Below are positions 62,601 to 64,000 of a stretch of 64,000 nt of DNA, piece by piece. Origin of the DNA: Macrostomum lignano (taxonomy: Eukaryota); the NCBI GenBank assembly GCA_002269645.1, contig NIVC01000059.1, forward strand, positions 1,426,001 to 1,490,000, read 5' to 3'. Both the position numbers and the translations under genes were made by a program. Under the pieces are notes generated by a model. The model had not been told where the DNA came from. It did no database searches and saw only the letters and a list, made by a program, of their open reading frames with translations. The first letter of the stretch is position 1. Each line of letters starts with the position of its first letter.

Positions 62601-64000
62601 CGGAGTTGACAAACACGTACCTGGCAATCATGAGCGAACAGTGACGGGCTTCATCGCTGTTTTTCGGATTGGTAAACATTTGACTACTCACGTGGCATTG
62701 TACAGTTGGTCTGTGATGACTATCTTTCTCAGCGTCCACGGAAAAACTGGGCGATTGCCTTCCAGAGTAACACTAAGCTGCATGATGTCGCCCAGATGCT
62801 TTGCAGTTGTCATGGTAAAGTGATCGATGTCTCCAGATCGGAAGTTCTAACATGAACAAAGAATGTGTTAAGAATTCGTTTTTTCCACAGCACTATTTCA
62901 ACAGAATCCAACACGATTCCAATAAAATTTTGCTCACCTCGCGAACTCCATCGGAGAGGATTCTGCAGGCTTCTAGGTGGTTTCTTCCGACAATGCTCAA
63001 CAACGGAGTTCCCGTTGTGCTGCAGCCCTTGTAATTGTCGGTGTACACATCCATCAGGTAGCTGAACTGCTGCTGACAGTCGTCAACGAGCGGCAAGTGT
63101 TTGAACTGCAAAATCAAATCGAAAGTCAATCACTTCAGCGAGACAAACAGCGAAACGAAGACTCAACTCACCTTCTCCAAATCTTTCTTGTCAACGTGGC
63201 GAAGCCACACGGCTATGGGAATGAAGATGATCCACAGCGTGACGACTGTAGCAACCACAGCCGCGCTGTCAGCCAGTTTGCCCTGCCAGTTCTCGAACAG
63301 TGTCCCGAAGTCAATAAGATTTGGAAGAACATTCAGTCCGACACCGAAGCTGCCAAACAAGTTGCTGACGAATCGAGGCTTGCTGGCAACAGAGCTGGGC
63401 TCAGGCCGGCACACATCCTCAGACGGTGTGATCCAGATGCCAAGGCTTGAGTCCCACATGCTGCAGACATACAGAGATAGACCGAACTCGTAGGACAAGA
63501 CTGGGTCTGGGCACGAGGCGGCTGTCACATCTCCGCTGGCGTCTCGATCGCAATCTGCTCGACCCACGGCAATGAAGTAGCTCTCGTTTACCGCTGCCGG
63601 CAGGTAGAAAGAGCCCTGACTCACATTCAGCATGCTGTCGGTGGGTGTTGGCAGGCGTCCGAGCTGCACAGATACCTTCAAGTTCTGCTTTTGGTTTAGT
63701 GGCAAGACCGTCACCTGCAGCAGCCCACTTGTCACATTGATGCTATGATAGAACCTCAGCCAACGATATGTGGGAGTCGCATTCACCACTATTCTGGATC
63801 CTGTTGTAGCATGAAGAGAGAACTCAAAAGAATCCGTGGTGTCGATGGCTCTTCTGGTCCGACAGCCCTGCTTTCCAATCATAAGAACAGGTGAGCTGAC
63901 ACTTTTTTCGTTCTGCCAGAGATAAGGACTCGGTCGAGAGAACAGAACCTTCACTGACTCGCAGCCAGCAGTGCTGGGCAAGACTACTTCTCCAAAGTTG
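59689..64000 (-). CDS. Polycystin-1-like gene, tandem copy 2, 3' part (GAIN/GPS, TM1, PLAT, TMs, channel exon 59907-61445, last exon 59689-59837); continues beyond the right edge
   Basis: Same exon structure as 18797-23290, offset ~40.7-40.9 kb. The channel exon has identical length (1539 nt) and roughly 96% amino-acid identity. The C-terminus ends ...HLSVNARTGLDHD*. Confidence 0.93.

Overview
This is eukaryotic (metazoan) genomic DNA with GT-AG introns, many minisatellites and tRNA-derived SINEs. The style suggests a free-living flatworm such as Macrostomum; that is an inference, not a database result. Four genes are supported by reconstructed splice paths: (1) the 5' part of a CNNM Mg2+-transporter gene (minus strand, runs off the left edge); (2) an intronless secreted double C-type lectin (minus); (3) a nearly intronless ZO-1/polychaetoid-like MAGUK (plus); (4) a ~38.5-kb polycystin-1-like gene (minus) with a very long mosaic ectodomain. 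The 3' end of a tandem paralogue of (4) fills the right edge. The most unusual region is the PKD intron at 42688-45760. It holds two Crypton-like (tyrosine-recombinase N-terminal) ORF fragments and a TA-flanked Tc1/mariner-like unit with two HTH fragments, all studded with one 8-mer, CCATAGAC/GTCTATGG, arranged as inverted pairs around the ORFs. Other notable points: the CNNM signal-peptide exon has no in-frame ATG (candidate for a spliced-leader-donated AUG), each CNNM intron carries its own minisatellite, there is a decayed Penelope-type hammerhead, the GPS motif looks non-cleavable in both PKD copies, and the two PKD copies show patchwork divergence. All calls were made by eye; no searches were run.
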